From positions 87,668,001 through 87,732,000 of the forward strand of contig OZ024743.1 in NCBI GenBank assembly GCA_964016885.1: a stretch of DNA of 64,000 bases, given 5' to 3'. The notes under the pieces are model-generated. The model was not told the origin of the DNA. It ran no database searches and was given only the letters and a program-made list of their open reading frames with translations. A program made the position numbers and the translations under genes. The stretch comes from Eledone cirrhosa. Lineage: Eukaryota. Below, piece after piece: positions 40,341 to 55,660 of this stretch. Within the stretch, counting starts at the first letter, position 1, and every line of letters starts with the position of its first letter.

Positions 40341-40931
40341 GCTACTGGTAACATGTATCCCAGTACAACCTGTCCCATGGTCGGGTCGTTGGCGACTAAA
40401 CTGGCAACCCCACCAAAGTTTCTTGGTGAGGAGGGTGACTTTGGACATCCTGCAGGACTAAAAACAAACCTGTCAAAGGGCAAAGGAGCTCTTAAGAGTC
40501 AATGGCCATCCAAAATCACGGGGAGAGATGACCCCTTAGCCTTTGTCAAGGCAGAATTCTAGGAGAAGGAAAACTCTGATATAACACCTGCAACTCTGAT
40601 GGTATCCAATGATGTTGACTTGTTCTTCTTTTTGGTAAATATCATCTTGGTTAAGAGAGTGGGACTGGCTTTGTGCAGTGCCTTTGCTCACTATAAAAGC
40701 TTCACGGCACAGGCATTGCTTTATATCAGGAGATATCTCTGCACTTGTCGTCACATGGTACCATGGGCCCAGTACTATGTGTCAATAATTGTCACAAGTG
40801 TAGTGTTTGTACCAGAGTTTTCAAGTCGCTGGCTGGACTAAAAAGTCACACTCGTTCAGCGCACCGGTAGGGGTTCTCCTACATGGATATAAAGTAGTTG
40901 CCGTACTCGAAAACGATTTGGGCGCCACCAT
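40341..40931 (+). mobile_element. Non-autonomous bipartite RTE derivative (5' UTR-like part plus ORF C-terminus) with a (TATG)n tail
   Basis: AGGAGAAGGAAAACTCTGA motif recalled from RTE 5' regions. 40793-40870 encodes HKCSVCTRVFKSLAGLKSHTRSAHR*, an RTE-type terminal C2H2 finger. Confidence 0.7.
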
Positions 40932-41053
40932 GTATGTATGTGTGTATGTATGTATGTATGTATGTATACATGTATGTATGTATGTATGTATGTATGTGTG
41001 TATGTATGTATGTATGTATGTATGTATGTGTGTATGTATATATGTATGTATGT

Positions 41054-41090
<37 letters not shown>

Positions 41091-41235
41091 GGTATGTATG
41101 TGCGCATGCGTGAACGTCGGATAAATGAATTGCAATATTTGTTCCGGTGTTCAAATCCCGCCGACCTCCACTTTACTCCGTATCATTTCTACAACAGAAA
41201 AGACGTTCAAATGGTTTTAATATAGAGACACATAT

Positions 41236-41455
41236 AGGGCGGTGCATTGCGAGTATCATTGAAGTGTTGGACAATATACTGTATGGCATAGAGTTACGGC
41301 CTTTTACGATCTGAGTTCAAATCCTGCCGAGGTTAGCTTTTCTTTTCATCCTTACTGGGTCGATAAAATAAAGTACCAGTAATGTACTAGGGTCGAGTTA
41401 ATCGACTTTACCCTCCCCAAAAATTGTTGGCCTTGTGCCTAAATCAGAAACCAAT
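41236..41455 (+). mobile_element. tRNA-derived SINE
   Basis: Matches the 38655 consensus. Confidence 0.8.
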
Positions 41456-41833
41456 ATAGAAACAGATTGAAAATTAAAGAAGAAAGAAGTCTGGTGTCTT
41501 TTCTGTTAGTCTCCGCTCCACACTAAATAATTCGAGCTGTAACTCGACGTATTCTGGGTTTGTTAAAGGTAGATAAACAATACAAGCCATAGCCATAGCT
41601 TAGTAACCCCCACTCGATTTTTTTTTCTCGCAACTTGCTTAGAAATGTGTATTTTGCAGAGATACATTTTTGATGGTGTAGATATATCGAGCATATATTA
41701 AGCGTATATTGAGCATATATTGAACATATATCGAGCAATGATATTAGTTGGAATGAATTCCGTTCAGGGTGGTCCACAATGAGTCCAAATTTGCCAATCA
41801 AGACCTCATCCAGGACCCCACATCTAAACCAGC

Positions 41834-42313
41834 CTGGCTCACCTGTCTCAACCTGCCTCTCTAACTATTGTGACACCTTAGTCTGGCTCACCGGTCTCAG
41901 CCTGCCTCTCTAACTATTGTGACACCTTAGTCTGGCTCACCGGTCTCAGCCTGCCTCTCTAACTATTGTGACACCTTAGTCTGGCTCACCGGTCTCAGCC
42001 TGCCTCTCTAACTATTGTGACACCTTAGTCTGGCTCACCGGTCTCAGCCTGCCTCTCTAACTATTGTGACACCTTAGTCTGGCTCACCTGTCTCAACCTG
42101 CCTCTCTAACTATTGTGACACCTTAGTCTGGCTCACCGGTCTCAGCCTGCCTCTCTAACTATTGTGACACCTTAGTCTGGCTCACTGGTCTCAGCCTGCC
42201 TCTCTAACTATTGTGACACCTTAGTCTGGCTCACCGGTCTCAGCCTGCCTCTCTAACTATTGTGACACCTTAGTCTGGCTCACCGGTCTCACCCTGCCTC
42301 TCTAACTATTGTG
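41834..42313. repeat. 49-bp minisatellite, about 10 copies
   Basis: CTGGCTCACCGGTCTCAGCCTGCCTCTCTAACTATTGTGACACCTTAGT at 41834, 41883, 41932 and onward. Confidence 0.95.
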
Positions 42314-42746
42314 CATATGTCATACGACAAGAAAAAGATGGTGTAGATTACGATTATCTCAATGAAAATATGCTTTGAACGAAATTTTTCGTAGAAATGA
42401 CATTAGGTTCTTGTAAAAAATTCTCTGACATTATCCTGATTGATATTATATCATTATCAACATAAAATTAGAGATAATAGAAAACTTTCTGAGTATACAT
42501 TTAACATAATTACAAATCGAAAATGTACAACAATGAAGGAATCATCGAACGGAATTATGCAATACTGAAAGTACTTAATTTTTCTTTTCTTTTTCTTTTT
42601 TAGATTCCATCAGCATAATCTTCAAATATAGTTAGATTAGATTGTACATAGTAAGATGCTCAAATGTTTCTAGTGAATAGGATTCTCTGAATTGTAAAAA
42701 GATTGTGCTAAACCCGAGTAATATTATTGAACCAGAGTCGACAGTG

Positions 42747-42817
<71 letters not shown>

Positions 42818-42818
42818 C

Positions 42819-42855
<37 letters not shown>

Positions 42856-43100
42856 TACAACTATATATATATAGTTCAAGGAAACAACAAGACAGAGATA
42901 CAAAAAGTCTTTATATGGAATAGGGAAAGAAAGTTCGATGTGTCTGGTTTTAGTCCTTCTTCAGGAGTACAACAATAGAGACAGGATCACAAAGGATAGA
43001 TACAGAAGATAAGAGGTAGTCCATAGTTAAAAAAATGAAAAAGACGGAAAAAGAGGTTGCCAACGGCCGTTGGCAACTTCTTTTGGCAACTTCTTTTGGC

Positions 43101-43447
43101 CAGCAAATTACCAGTGAATTACTGGTACTTTATTTTATCGACCCCGTAAGGATGAAAGGTAAAGTTAACCTTGGTGGGATTTGAACTCAGAATGGCAAGG
43201 GACGTAACTCTATGCGTCAAAGCATGGCGTCCGACCCTCTACCGATACTGCCAATCCACGTGGGTGGATTGGCAGTATCGGTAGAGGGTCGGACGCCATA
43301 CTTTGCAGCATAGTTACGTCCCTTTACGGACTGAGTTCAAATCCCGCCGAGGTTAACTTTGCCTTTTATCCTTACGGGGGCGATAAAATAAAATAGCAGT
43401 AATACACTGGGATAATTGCTGGCCTTGTGCCAAAAGTTGAAACAATT
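43101..43447. mobile_element. Two tRNA-SINEs joined head-to-head (43101-43259 minus, 43264-43447 plus)
   Basis: ...ACTGCCAATCCAC GTGG GTGGATTGGCAGT... Confidence 0.9.
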
Positions 43448-43534
43448 ATATATATAATATATATTCTAGTCCTGTAGAAGCCTTTTCTATATTAAATATA
43501 TTCTATATTAAATATATTCTATATTAAATATATA

Positions 43535-43719
43535 TCACTTCATCACCTTGACCGACCAGTCAGTCGGGCGCCATTCGGCGCCGCTGGTAACAGCACGTGC
43601 TGTTTTAGCCATACGATGCGCCATCCCACTGGCTGGGCGAGCAGGCCGTAAGTCTAAAGTCTGTCTTAAGCCAGAAGGCTCATTTTGCCGGTGCTTATCC
43701 TCATTTCATAGCGTGAAGC

Positions 43720-43723
<4 letters not shown>
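43535..43723 (-). mobile_element. 3' part of another SINE family (Deu/Nin-like domain)
   Basis: Minus strand AGTCGCTTCACGCTATGAAATGAGGATAAGCACCGGC resembles the Nin/Deu domain end as recalled; short TGA-type tail. Confidence 0.4.
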
Positions 43724-45332
<1,609 letters not shown>

Positions 45333-45530
45333 AGTAAGAAAATTTTCGAAACAGAGAGTGGGTTTGAAATTATTAGAAATATAAGCGATCGCCGTATTTT
45401 GATTAAAGAAATTATTTAGCCTGATAGTGGGGTTAAGAACCCTCGGAGAAATGGAAAAAGATCAGTATTGACGTACATTATATTATATTATTATATATTA
45501 TTATATAATAATATAATATAATATATATAT

Positions 45531-45842
45531 AGGGTGGTGGTGTTTGGCAGTATCGGTAGAGGGTCGGAAAACATGCTTTGTAGCACAGAGTTACGCCCCT
45601 TTCTGATCTGAGTTCAAATCCTGCCGAGGTTGACTTTGCCTTGTGCCAAAAGTAGAAACAATTATATATTATTATATATTAGGGTCGGACGCCATGCTTT
45701 CCAGCATAGTTACGTCCCTTTACGATCTGAGTTCAAATCCCGCCGAGGTTGACTTTGCCTTTCATCCTTATGGGGTCGATAAAATAAAGTACCAGTAATG
45801 CACTGGGTAATTGCTGGCCTTGTGACTAAAGTAGAAACAATT
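45531..45842 (+). mobile_element. Two tandem tRNA-SINEs (one internally deleted, one 5'-truncated)
   Basis: Both match the 38655 consensus. Confidence 0.85.
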
Positions 45843-45870
45843 ATATATATAATATATAATATTATATATA

Positions 45871-47508
45871 TAATACGCAAGGCATGGATTTTATAGAGGA
45901 GTGGTATTAGACCAGAACAATAATATCAATAACAAAAGAACTCGATACTGAATAGTTAAAATAATAACATCAATATAAGTAAGAAATAGAATATTATGAT
46001 AAAACTAGCATGGTAAACTAGCATAGTACAGATGTATGAAGTTGACATGTGAAAACTACTATAGGTTACTTTAGATGTAGTTTTTTAGGGATGAATTTAT
46101 AACTAATAAAATCTACTTAGAGTCAGATTTTTAGAATCTACCCCTTTAAGTGCAATTATGGGAGGTCTAGATACAGGTGTGTTGTGGGTCTAAAAGCGCG
46201 CTAGCAATAAACCGGAGATTTATTTATGGTTTGACAGATAAGTATTTCCGTTCTATCAACTTAGATTGATAGAGTGAGTGTATAAAGATATATGGTTCTT
46301 AGGTAGTATTAAGTGAAATTGTAGATTCAGTATTTTAAGGTTTATGTGGCTTATTCTAAATGTTGGGATTGCTAGTTCGAATCATGGGGGTTTAGTTTTC
46401 ACAACATCAACGACAAATAGCGTATAATTAAGACAATAAATCAACAATAAAATATGCATGGTAAATAGATAGAGAACATGATGAATGAAATTAGGGATAG
46501 GGTATATTGAGATGATCATAATGGTAATAAGAAGAAAATAAGAAAATAAGAGTTTCAAGGAGTGCAAGGGTTTAGAATTAAGTTCATCTGTTAGAGATCA
46601 TGGGTGCTAATATGAGATATGTAGATATAATTGTTTGGTCCGAAAGAATAAACAACAGCAAAGGCTAGATTGATTTATGGGCTGACATGATAATTGGTAG
46701 ATGTTTGTAGATATTACAGCCCCATCTTGGTGGTATAGATGTAGGGAGGCTGGAAGGTGTTCATAGAAGATTATGGTTCTGAAGTGGGCTGTGTGAGAAT
46801 GCAGATTTCATACGTTAAATTCTAAGTGATTTTCCATTAATTTTGGGGATGTTGGTTCGAATCACGGTGGTTTAAATCTCGTAAATTTAGTAGCAATCCT
46901 ATGTCTGCAGAAAATTGACTTTTCTATTTTGCTGTTAAGTAGCATTTTATCGTACCTTAAGATATGTAGCAATTCAAGGTTGCAGAGCCCTCAATAGGAC
47001 ATAGTGCTGCTATAGGCCTTTGTGGCCGCTAATTTCGACCAGCTAATATTGTAATCAAGGTTTTTGTCCTTAAGTTGCCAGATTTTATTGGCGAGGGTTG
47101 TGGAATTCACCAGTGCACGGTTCTTCATTGAATGTCTGTGTACATACCACTCCTCTATAAAAGCCATGCCTTGCGTATTATCCTCACATTCGCTCGCTCT
47201 GATGAATTAACTGGTTATAAACAAAGTATTGTAGATCGATTGACGCAACATCTAGCGATTAGCGAACTCTAGACCTACCAGATCAAAGAAACAATTGTCA
47301 GCACTGTGAATAAAGCCCTTATTGTACAGACAACCATGTTACTCTTATTTCTTGAATTATTATTTCTCCAAGTATAACCTACATAGAAATCACCGTGAAC
47401 TCGCTGCATCACTATGGACGCGTCTTGTTGAGTCAAACTAAGCCATACGAGTACTCTAACTGGACTACATCTAAGTGGATTGCCTATAACGATAACTTGT
47501 TATCCCGT
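45871..47508 (-). mobile_element. Truncated Naiad-like Penelope element: EN C-terminus (47150-46862, minus), long 3' region and inverted pseudo-LTR (47145-47508)
   Basis: HRHSMKNRALVNSTTLANKIWQLKD...ISW...*GLCNLE...LLNSKIE..CRH; 45871-45906 is the inverted copy of 47145-47180; hammerhead at 47199-47299. Confidence 0.8.
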
Positions 47509-47583
47509 ATATATATATATATATATTTATTTATAAGCAAAGAGATATTTAATTTGTTGGTAATTCAACAAATTTATTTATTA

Positions 47584-47796
47584 CTAGCAGAATGGCCCGG
47601 CGTTGCTCGGGATTTGCTCTAGGGTTCTTATATATTTGATATATATTTATCCTTCTCGAGCCTCGTGAAGTAAATACGTTTGTTTATATTTTGTTATTGT
47701 GTATGCAAAAATACCTGTACACGAATATATAAATAACAGTACAGAGAAGTACGGAATACCTCGGCCTCGGGTGGGTGTCTACATGTTGTGCTTATA
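47584..47796 (-). mobile_element. Helitron 3' fragment
   Basis: Minus strand CCCGAGCAACGCCGGG hairpin followed by CCATTCTGCTAG|T; internal blocks shared with 4800-4980. Confidence 0.75.
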
Positions 47797-48148
47797 ATAA
47801 ATGGAAACTATATTTATAAAACCATATTTATAAAACTATATTTATAAAACTATATTTATAAAACCATATTTATAAAACTATATTTATAAAACTATATTTA
47901 TAAAACCATATTTATTTTATTATATATATTTCAAGAGTACCAAAAAAACTTTAGTACGCTCTCATCAGATAAAATACAAAATTTGTTTAATAAATAGTGA
48001 CATACCTGATAAACCAAACCTTATCGGTTCAGGTTCCATTTGATCTGATGAGAGTGTACCAAAGTGCTTTTGGTACCCTTGAAATCTAAACTATAATATA
48101 TATAATAAAACAAATATGGTTTTATAAATATAGTTTCCATTTATTAAT
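47797..48148. mobile_element. Fold-back hammerhead element related to the 16.5-kb family
   Basis: CTCTCATCAGAT (~47960) and ATCTGATGAGAG...CTTGAAA (~48043) in inverted orientation. Confidence 0.6.
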
Positions 48149-48153
48149 ATCAA

Positions 48154-48198
<45 letters not shown>

Positions 48199-48437
48199 GT
48201 GATGAGTCACGATATACTAGTTTCAACTGTGTACACAGAGAATCATCAGATAAGACTCGACCTGTAAGTACATAGGTGAAACTCTGCGGTAACAAAACTC
48301 ATCACTTAACCATAATAACAAATATTTAAACTTTACTCGGTTTTACATCCATCAACATCATACGTCCGTCAACAACATAACAGTTGTTATATAATAAACT
48401 GGAGTAGGAAAATGTAGAACAGTGTTTTCACACACAT

Positions 48438-48489
<52 letters not shown>

Positions 48490-48498
48490 TATATGTGA

Positions 48499-48526
<28 letters not shown>

Positions 48527-48530
<4 letters not shown>

Positions 48531-48706
48531 CAAAGGAATTGTGGTAAGGAACCAGATGGACCATAACGCAACAGAGCACTCAATACTTAGGGTAGTAGAG
48601 TGAGAAATAGGAAAAAGTATGACCCCGACGGCAGAGCTCAAGCCGTTTCGACGGCTATAGTCGTCGAAACGGCTTGAGCTCTGCCGTTGGGGTCATACTT
48701 TTTCCT
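48527..48706. mobile_element. Interspersed pseudo-LTR-like fragment ending in a ~100-bp palindrome (relatives at 30283-30420, 33090-33185, 37815-37965)
   Basis: GAAACGGC TTGAGCTCT GCCGTC (hammerhead stem III half) mirrored around ~48657. Confidence 0.6.
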
Positions 48707-48834
48707 ATATATATATATATGTATACATATATATATATATATATATATGTATGGGAGTGTGTGGATACGATCTAAATCCTTATACACACACACACATACA
48801 CACACATATATATATATATACATATACATATTTA

Positions 48835-48866
<32 letters not shown>

Positions 48867-48942
48867 AATAAATATAAATATATATATTTGTATGTATGTA
48901 AATATATATATATATATTTATATATATATGTATATATATACG

Positions 48943-48999
<57 letters not shown>

Positions 49000-49929
49000 T
49001 GGACTCAAAAAGTAGATACTATACGGCAGATTGTAATTTCTTAATTGATAATAAATAAAATTAATAAATATGGTGACGACGACGACGACTGAGACAACAA
49101 CGACGGAGGAGATGATGATGATGGTGGTGGTGGTGGTGGTGGTGGTAATGATGATGATGATGATGATGATTGGGAGGAGGAGGAGGAGGGGGGAGGGGAG
49201 GAGGAGGAGAAGGAGGAGGAGGAGGAAGGAAGGAAGGAAGGTGAAGGGTTATAGGTGAAGAAGGAGGAGACGTGATAGAAAAGGGGAAACTAAAACTATG
49301 ATAATAGTGATATGAGCAAGAATTGTTAACGATTTCGTTAATAACAATTACTACCACCACCACCACCACCACCACCACCACCACCACCACCATCACCACC
49401 ACCACCATCACCATCACCATCACCATCACCACCACCACCACCACTACTACACCCACCATCATCACCACCCCTCACAAACAACACCACCACCAGCATTACC
49501 TCCTCCACCATCACTACCACCATAACCAATACCACCATCACCTAACCGCCACCACAATCAGTACACTCGTCCCAGCTATCATCACCACCCTTATCACCAT
49601 CATCATCATCTCCATCAGTAACCAGTGTTAAAATTAATGCTAACTGCAGCACCCGCCTCTAAATATATCGATATGAAGGAGTGATTGATATCGAAAATAT
49701 CTGTGATTACTGAATATTGATCTAAGGCTATACAAATTACTGTTGACATACATAAATACATCATGTACATATGTAAAGGTATATGTGTATATGAGAGTGT
49801 GTGTGCGTTTGTGTATGTTTGTGAGTGCGTAAATATAAACTGTCATATCTGAAGAATTGTCGATTAAGAGTCGGGATTCGATCACATGATCACAACCAAA
49901 CTGATCAATATGGAAACAAATTGTAATAT

Positions 49930-51375
49930 GAAATAAAGTTTACAAAAAGCTACAATTCTTATTTGGAATTTGTAAAAGTTCCATATTACAGGGACCGCAG
50001 TGGGACATACCAATTCGATAGGCCATTGCTTTTTGATAGCTTCGTCCAGCTGATTTTATATTCTATGTTTGCATCTTTGAAATGCCAGATTTTATTGGCG
50101 AGAGTTATTGTATTTAAGAGATTCCTGTTAATCATAGAGTGTCTATGTACGTACCACCTTTTCTTAAACTCCCCAGCTGTGGAATCAATGTAATGCCATG
50201 CTAAGCTACCTGCATTTATAGTACATAGGTATACTATATTTGTCTCTAGGTATCTATTTTGTAAAGGGCATTTGTGAGGTAGATGGCAGTTACATTTAGA
50301 TGCTTTTCTATGCGCCGGTTCCTCGATATGGTTTTGTAGGTTGTTATGTATGGGCTGAGAATTGGGTTTGTTAACGTATTGTGGTGATGCGTTCTGGCGT
50401 GTGTTTGGTTGTGATGCTTATGTTTTGTATTTGGTGTTATGGTACTTATTTGTGGGCGACTTGTATTATAAATTCTTTTATAGTTAATTTTATGTAAGTG
50501 CGATTCTATGTTGTTGGCAGTGGAGTATGATAGTTTGATAGTTTTTCTATTAAAGATTTTATGATATTTATGAATTTTAGGGAAATGTTTGTCAACCAAT
50601 TTGAAGAAAGTCTGTCATCAATTTCTGTCTATGGTGGATTGGCAGTATCGGTAGAGGGTCGGACGCCATGCTTTCCAACATAGTTACGTCCTTTTACGAT
50701 CTGAGTTCAAATCCCGCCGAGGTTGACTTTGCCTTTCATCCTTACGGGGTCGATAAAATAAAGTACCAGTAATGCACTGGGTAATTGCTGGCCTTGTGCC
50801 TAAAGTAGAAACAATTAATTTCTATATATTTTCTTCTCTTTATATGTTTTTTCTCTGTAATAATTTCTCCTTTTCTTCTTTTTTCTCTTTCTCTTTTTCT
50901 TTTTCCTTCTTTTTTCTTTTTCCTTTCCTTTCTTTCTTTACTATATCTATCTCCTTTTCCTCCTTCTTTTCTCTCTATATCTTTATTATTAATATTATTA
51001 TTGAAGATGTAATTTGAATTTGTAAATTTGCCGGTTACATATATTTTCAATAACAGTTTCTGAAGATCTGATCGAGCTAACATCGTATTTAAAATTGAGT
51101 CGCAGTACCAGTAATGCACTGGGTAATTTCTGGCCTTGTGCCTAAAGTAGAAACAATTATTATTGATGATGTAATTGGAATTTGTAAATTTGCCGGTTAC
51201 ATACATTTTCAATAACAGTTTCTGAAGATCTGATCGAGCTAACATGGTATTTAAAATTGAATCGCACTGTTTCTAGTGTTCAGCAATTTTTAGACATCTT
51301 TATCAGTGAAACAATTGTTAGACTGTAAATAAATCCCCTTTTTTGTACTGTTGACCATGTTATTCTCCACTTTTT
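49930..51375 (-). pseudogene. Decayed Naiad-like Penelope ORF (thumb, linker, GIY-YIG) interrupted by a SINE at 50632-50817
   Basis: LVDKHFPKIHKYHKIFNRKTIKLSYS; CNC..CPL; FKKRWYVHRHSM; HCGPCNME; frameshifts present. Confidence 0.75.
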
Positions 51376-51732
51376 CAATTTTATATATATATATTTAGTC
51401 AATTTAAGTGTGCGTGTTTATATTGAGTCTAAGTGTGTATATATCCACAAAATCTACTGGGAGACGTAGAGACATGGACATATTAAACATACACACAGTT
51501 TGACATAGACAAATGCACACGTTCACACATTTACACACACAGAGACCAAAGGTGCATATTAAAGCAATTCGGTACAGGCAGTCATCCGGGTACAATACGG
51601 GTAGAATACAAGTACAATCACTAGATATGTATTGGACTGACACACACTATACAGTGCATCCACACATGTTTACCAAGACACTGTCTGACGTAAGCATGAT
51701 TCAGATACATACGCACACACATACATGCATAC

Positions 51733-51782
<50 letters not shown>

Positions 51783-51855
51783 GACAAACACACACACATA
51801 AATATATATATAGACACACACACACACATATATATATATATAGACACACACACAC

Positions 51856-51914
<59 letters not shown>

Positions 51915-51967
51915 CATACATACACACACGCGCGCGCACGCGCACACACATACACACATACACACAC

Positions 51968-51998
<31 letters not shown>

Positions 51999-52703
51999 GA
52001 GACGCACATATATATACATACATACAGACACACACACACTCACACACACACATATGTATATATATTTATATATATATACTGACCCATGCACATCATCATC
52101 ATCAATAGCAGTAACAAAGCGCCAGTAAGGCGTATGGTTGTCTGAAAGCAATCAAGCATCCCAATCAATACACACACACACTGACACACACACACACATA
52201 CCCACACACATACACACGCATACACACACATACACACGCATACACATATACACACACATGCATACATATACACTCACGCAGCATATACATACATATATAT
52301 ATGTGTGTGAATATGTATATATGTATATATATATATGTGTGTATGTGTATGTGTATGTATACACACACACACATACACCACACATACACACACACACCAC
52401 ACACACATACACACACACACATACACACACATACACACACGTGCATACATATACACTTACGCAGCATATACATGCACATATATGTGTGTGTGTGAATATG
52501 CATGTATGTATATATGTGTGAATGTGGGTGTATATACACGCACACACACATACACCATACACACACACCACACACACACATACACAGATACACACATACA
52601 CACACACGCGCATACACACACATACACGCACATACACGCACATGCATACATATAAACTCATGCAGCATATACATACATATATATGTGTATGTGAATATGT
52701 ATG

Positions 52704-52740
<37 letters not shown>

Positions 52741-52979
52741 ATGTATACACGTACACACACACACACCATACACCACACAAACACACACACACACGCGCGC
52801 GCGCAAACATGTATATACACTGAGGTATGTTCCAACATACACAGGCACCAAAACCTGTTATACAGCCCCAATATGGCGGATGTTACTGTTAAAACAATAA
52901 ACGCGCAAAAAATGGCGCTTGTTGTTTTCATCACTGATACAGAATCCACTGAATCTAATTCTGAATCTATTGTTTGTCC

Positions 52980-55660
52980 AACACCAACACTACCATCACG
53001 AAACCCACCACAAATGCCGCTGCCACCCCCACCACGCCATCACAACCTCCACCTCTTATTACCATCACCACCCCCACCACCGCCACCACAACCACCACCT
53101 CTTATTACCATCACCACCCCCACCACCGCCACCAGAACCACCACCTCTTATTACCATCACCACCACCACCATTACCACCATCACAACCACCAACTCTATT
53201 ACCATCAACACCACCACCACCACCATCACAACCATCACCCCCATTACCATCATCACCACCACCACCACCATCACAACCACCACCTCTATTACCATCACCA
53301 CCACCACCACCTCCATCACAACCATCACCGCTATTACCATCATCACCACCACCACCACCATCACAACCACCACCTCTATTACCATCATCACCACCACCAC
53401 CACCATCACCACCACCACCTCTATTACTATCATCACCACCACCACCATCAATATCACGCCCACAATCACCATCATCAACACTATCGCCATCATCATCACC
53501 AATATCACCCGTATCACCCGCCCGCATCATCCATATCACTATTATCAACACTATCACCATCCCCATCACCACCACCACCACTAACAAGAACAACAACAAT
53601 AATAATAACTATATCACCATCATCCCCCGCGACCGTCTCCATCTCCATCACAATAACCCCCCATGATCATCACCACAACCACAGCCATCACCATTATCAC
53701 AACAAACAACAACAACAATACCATTACTACCCTCACCACCACAACTATAACCACAACCATTACTACAAATATTTGTTATCATCACCAACACGACCACGAC
53801 CACCACCATTACCACTACCATCATTACCACCACCACCATTACCACTACCATCATTACCACCACCACCATTACCACTACCATCATTACCACCACCATCACC
53901 ACTACATTCATTACCACCACCACCACCACCATTACCACTACCATCATTACCATCACCACCATTACCACTACCATCATTACCACCACCACCATTACCACTA
54001 CCATCATTACCACCACCACCATTACCACTACCATCATTACCACCACCACCATTACCACTACCATCATTACCACCACCACCATTACCACTACCATCATTAC
54101 CATCACCACCATTACCACTACCATCATTACAACCACCACCATTACCACTACCATCATTACCACCACCACCATTACCACTACCATCATTACCACCACCACC
54201 ACCACCATTATCACTACCATCATTACCACCATGTCACCATCATTACCACTACCACCACCACCATCATTACCACCACCATCATTACCACCACCATCATTAC
54301 CACTACCATCATTACCACCACCACCATCATTACCACCACCATCATTACCACTACCACCACCCCATCATTACCACTACCATCATTACCACTACCATCATTA
54401 CCACCACTACCATCATTACCACTACCATCATTACCACCACCACCATTACCACCACTACCATCATTACCACCCCCACCATTACCACCACCATCATTACCAC
54501 TACCACCACCACCATCATTACCACTACCACCACCACCATCATTACCACTACCATCATTACCACTACCTTCATTACCACCACTACCATTATTACCACCACC
54601 ACCATTACCACCACCATCATTACCACTACCATCATTACCACCACAACCATCGTTACCACCACCACCATTACCACCACTACAATCATTACCACCCCCACCA
54701 TTACCACCACCATCATTACCATTACCATCATTACCACTACCACCATTACCACCACTACCATCATTACCACCACCACCATTACGACCACCATCATTACCAC
54801 TACCACCACCACCATCATTACCACTACCATCATTACCACCACCACCATTACCACCACTACCATCATTACCACCCCCACCATTACCACCACCATCATTACC
54901 ACTACTACCACCACCATCATTACCACTACCACCACCACCATCATTACCACTACCATCATTACCACTACCATCTTTACCACCACCACCATTACCACCACTA
55001 CCATCATTACCACCCCTACCATTACCACCACCATCATTACCACTACCACCACCACCATCATTACCACTACCAGCATTACCACTACCATCATTACCACTAC
55101 CATCATTACCACCACCACCATTACCACCACTACCATCATTATCACCACCATCATTACCACTACCGTCATTACCACTACCATCGTTACCACCACCACCACC
55201 ATTACCGCTACCATCATTACCACCACCACCATTACCACCACTACCATCATTACCACTACCATCATTACCACCACCACCATTACCACCACCACCATCATTA
55301 CCACCATCAATACCACTACCATCATTACCACTACCATCATTACCACACCATTACCACCATTACCACCACCACCATTACCACCATCATTACCACCACCACA
55401 TTACCACCACCATCATTACCACTACTACCATTACCACCACACCATCATTACCACTACCACAATTACCCCCAACACCATTACCACCACCACCATTACCACC
55501 ATCCCCATTACCACCACCACCATCCTCATTACCACCACCACCACTACCACCATCACCACCACCCTATCCTTACAACCACCATTATCACCACCACCACCGC
55601 TACTATGATTACCATTACCACCACCACAACACCCCATCCCCAACAACAACCATTATCACC
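52980..55660. repeat. CAC/CAT/TAC triplet-derived repeat, including a 30-bp unit
   Basis: ACCATTACCACTACCATCATTACCACCACC repeated; the poly-H/T/P ORFs are artefacts. Confidence 0.92.

Noticed and set aside
41730-41800. NDISWNEF as an EF-hand exon
   Set aside because: No acceptor tract and no loop residues upstream.
41834-42313. Regular repeats as a CRISPR array
   Set aside because: Head-to-tail units without unique spacers, no cas genes, and a eukaryotic context.
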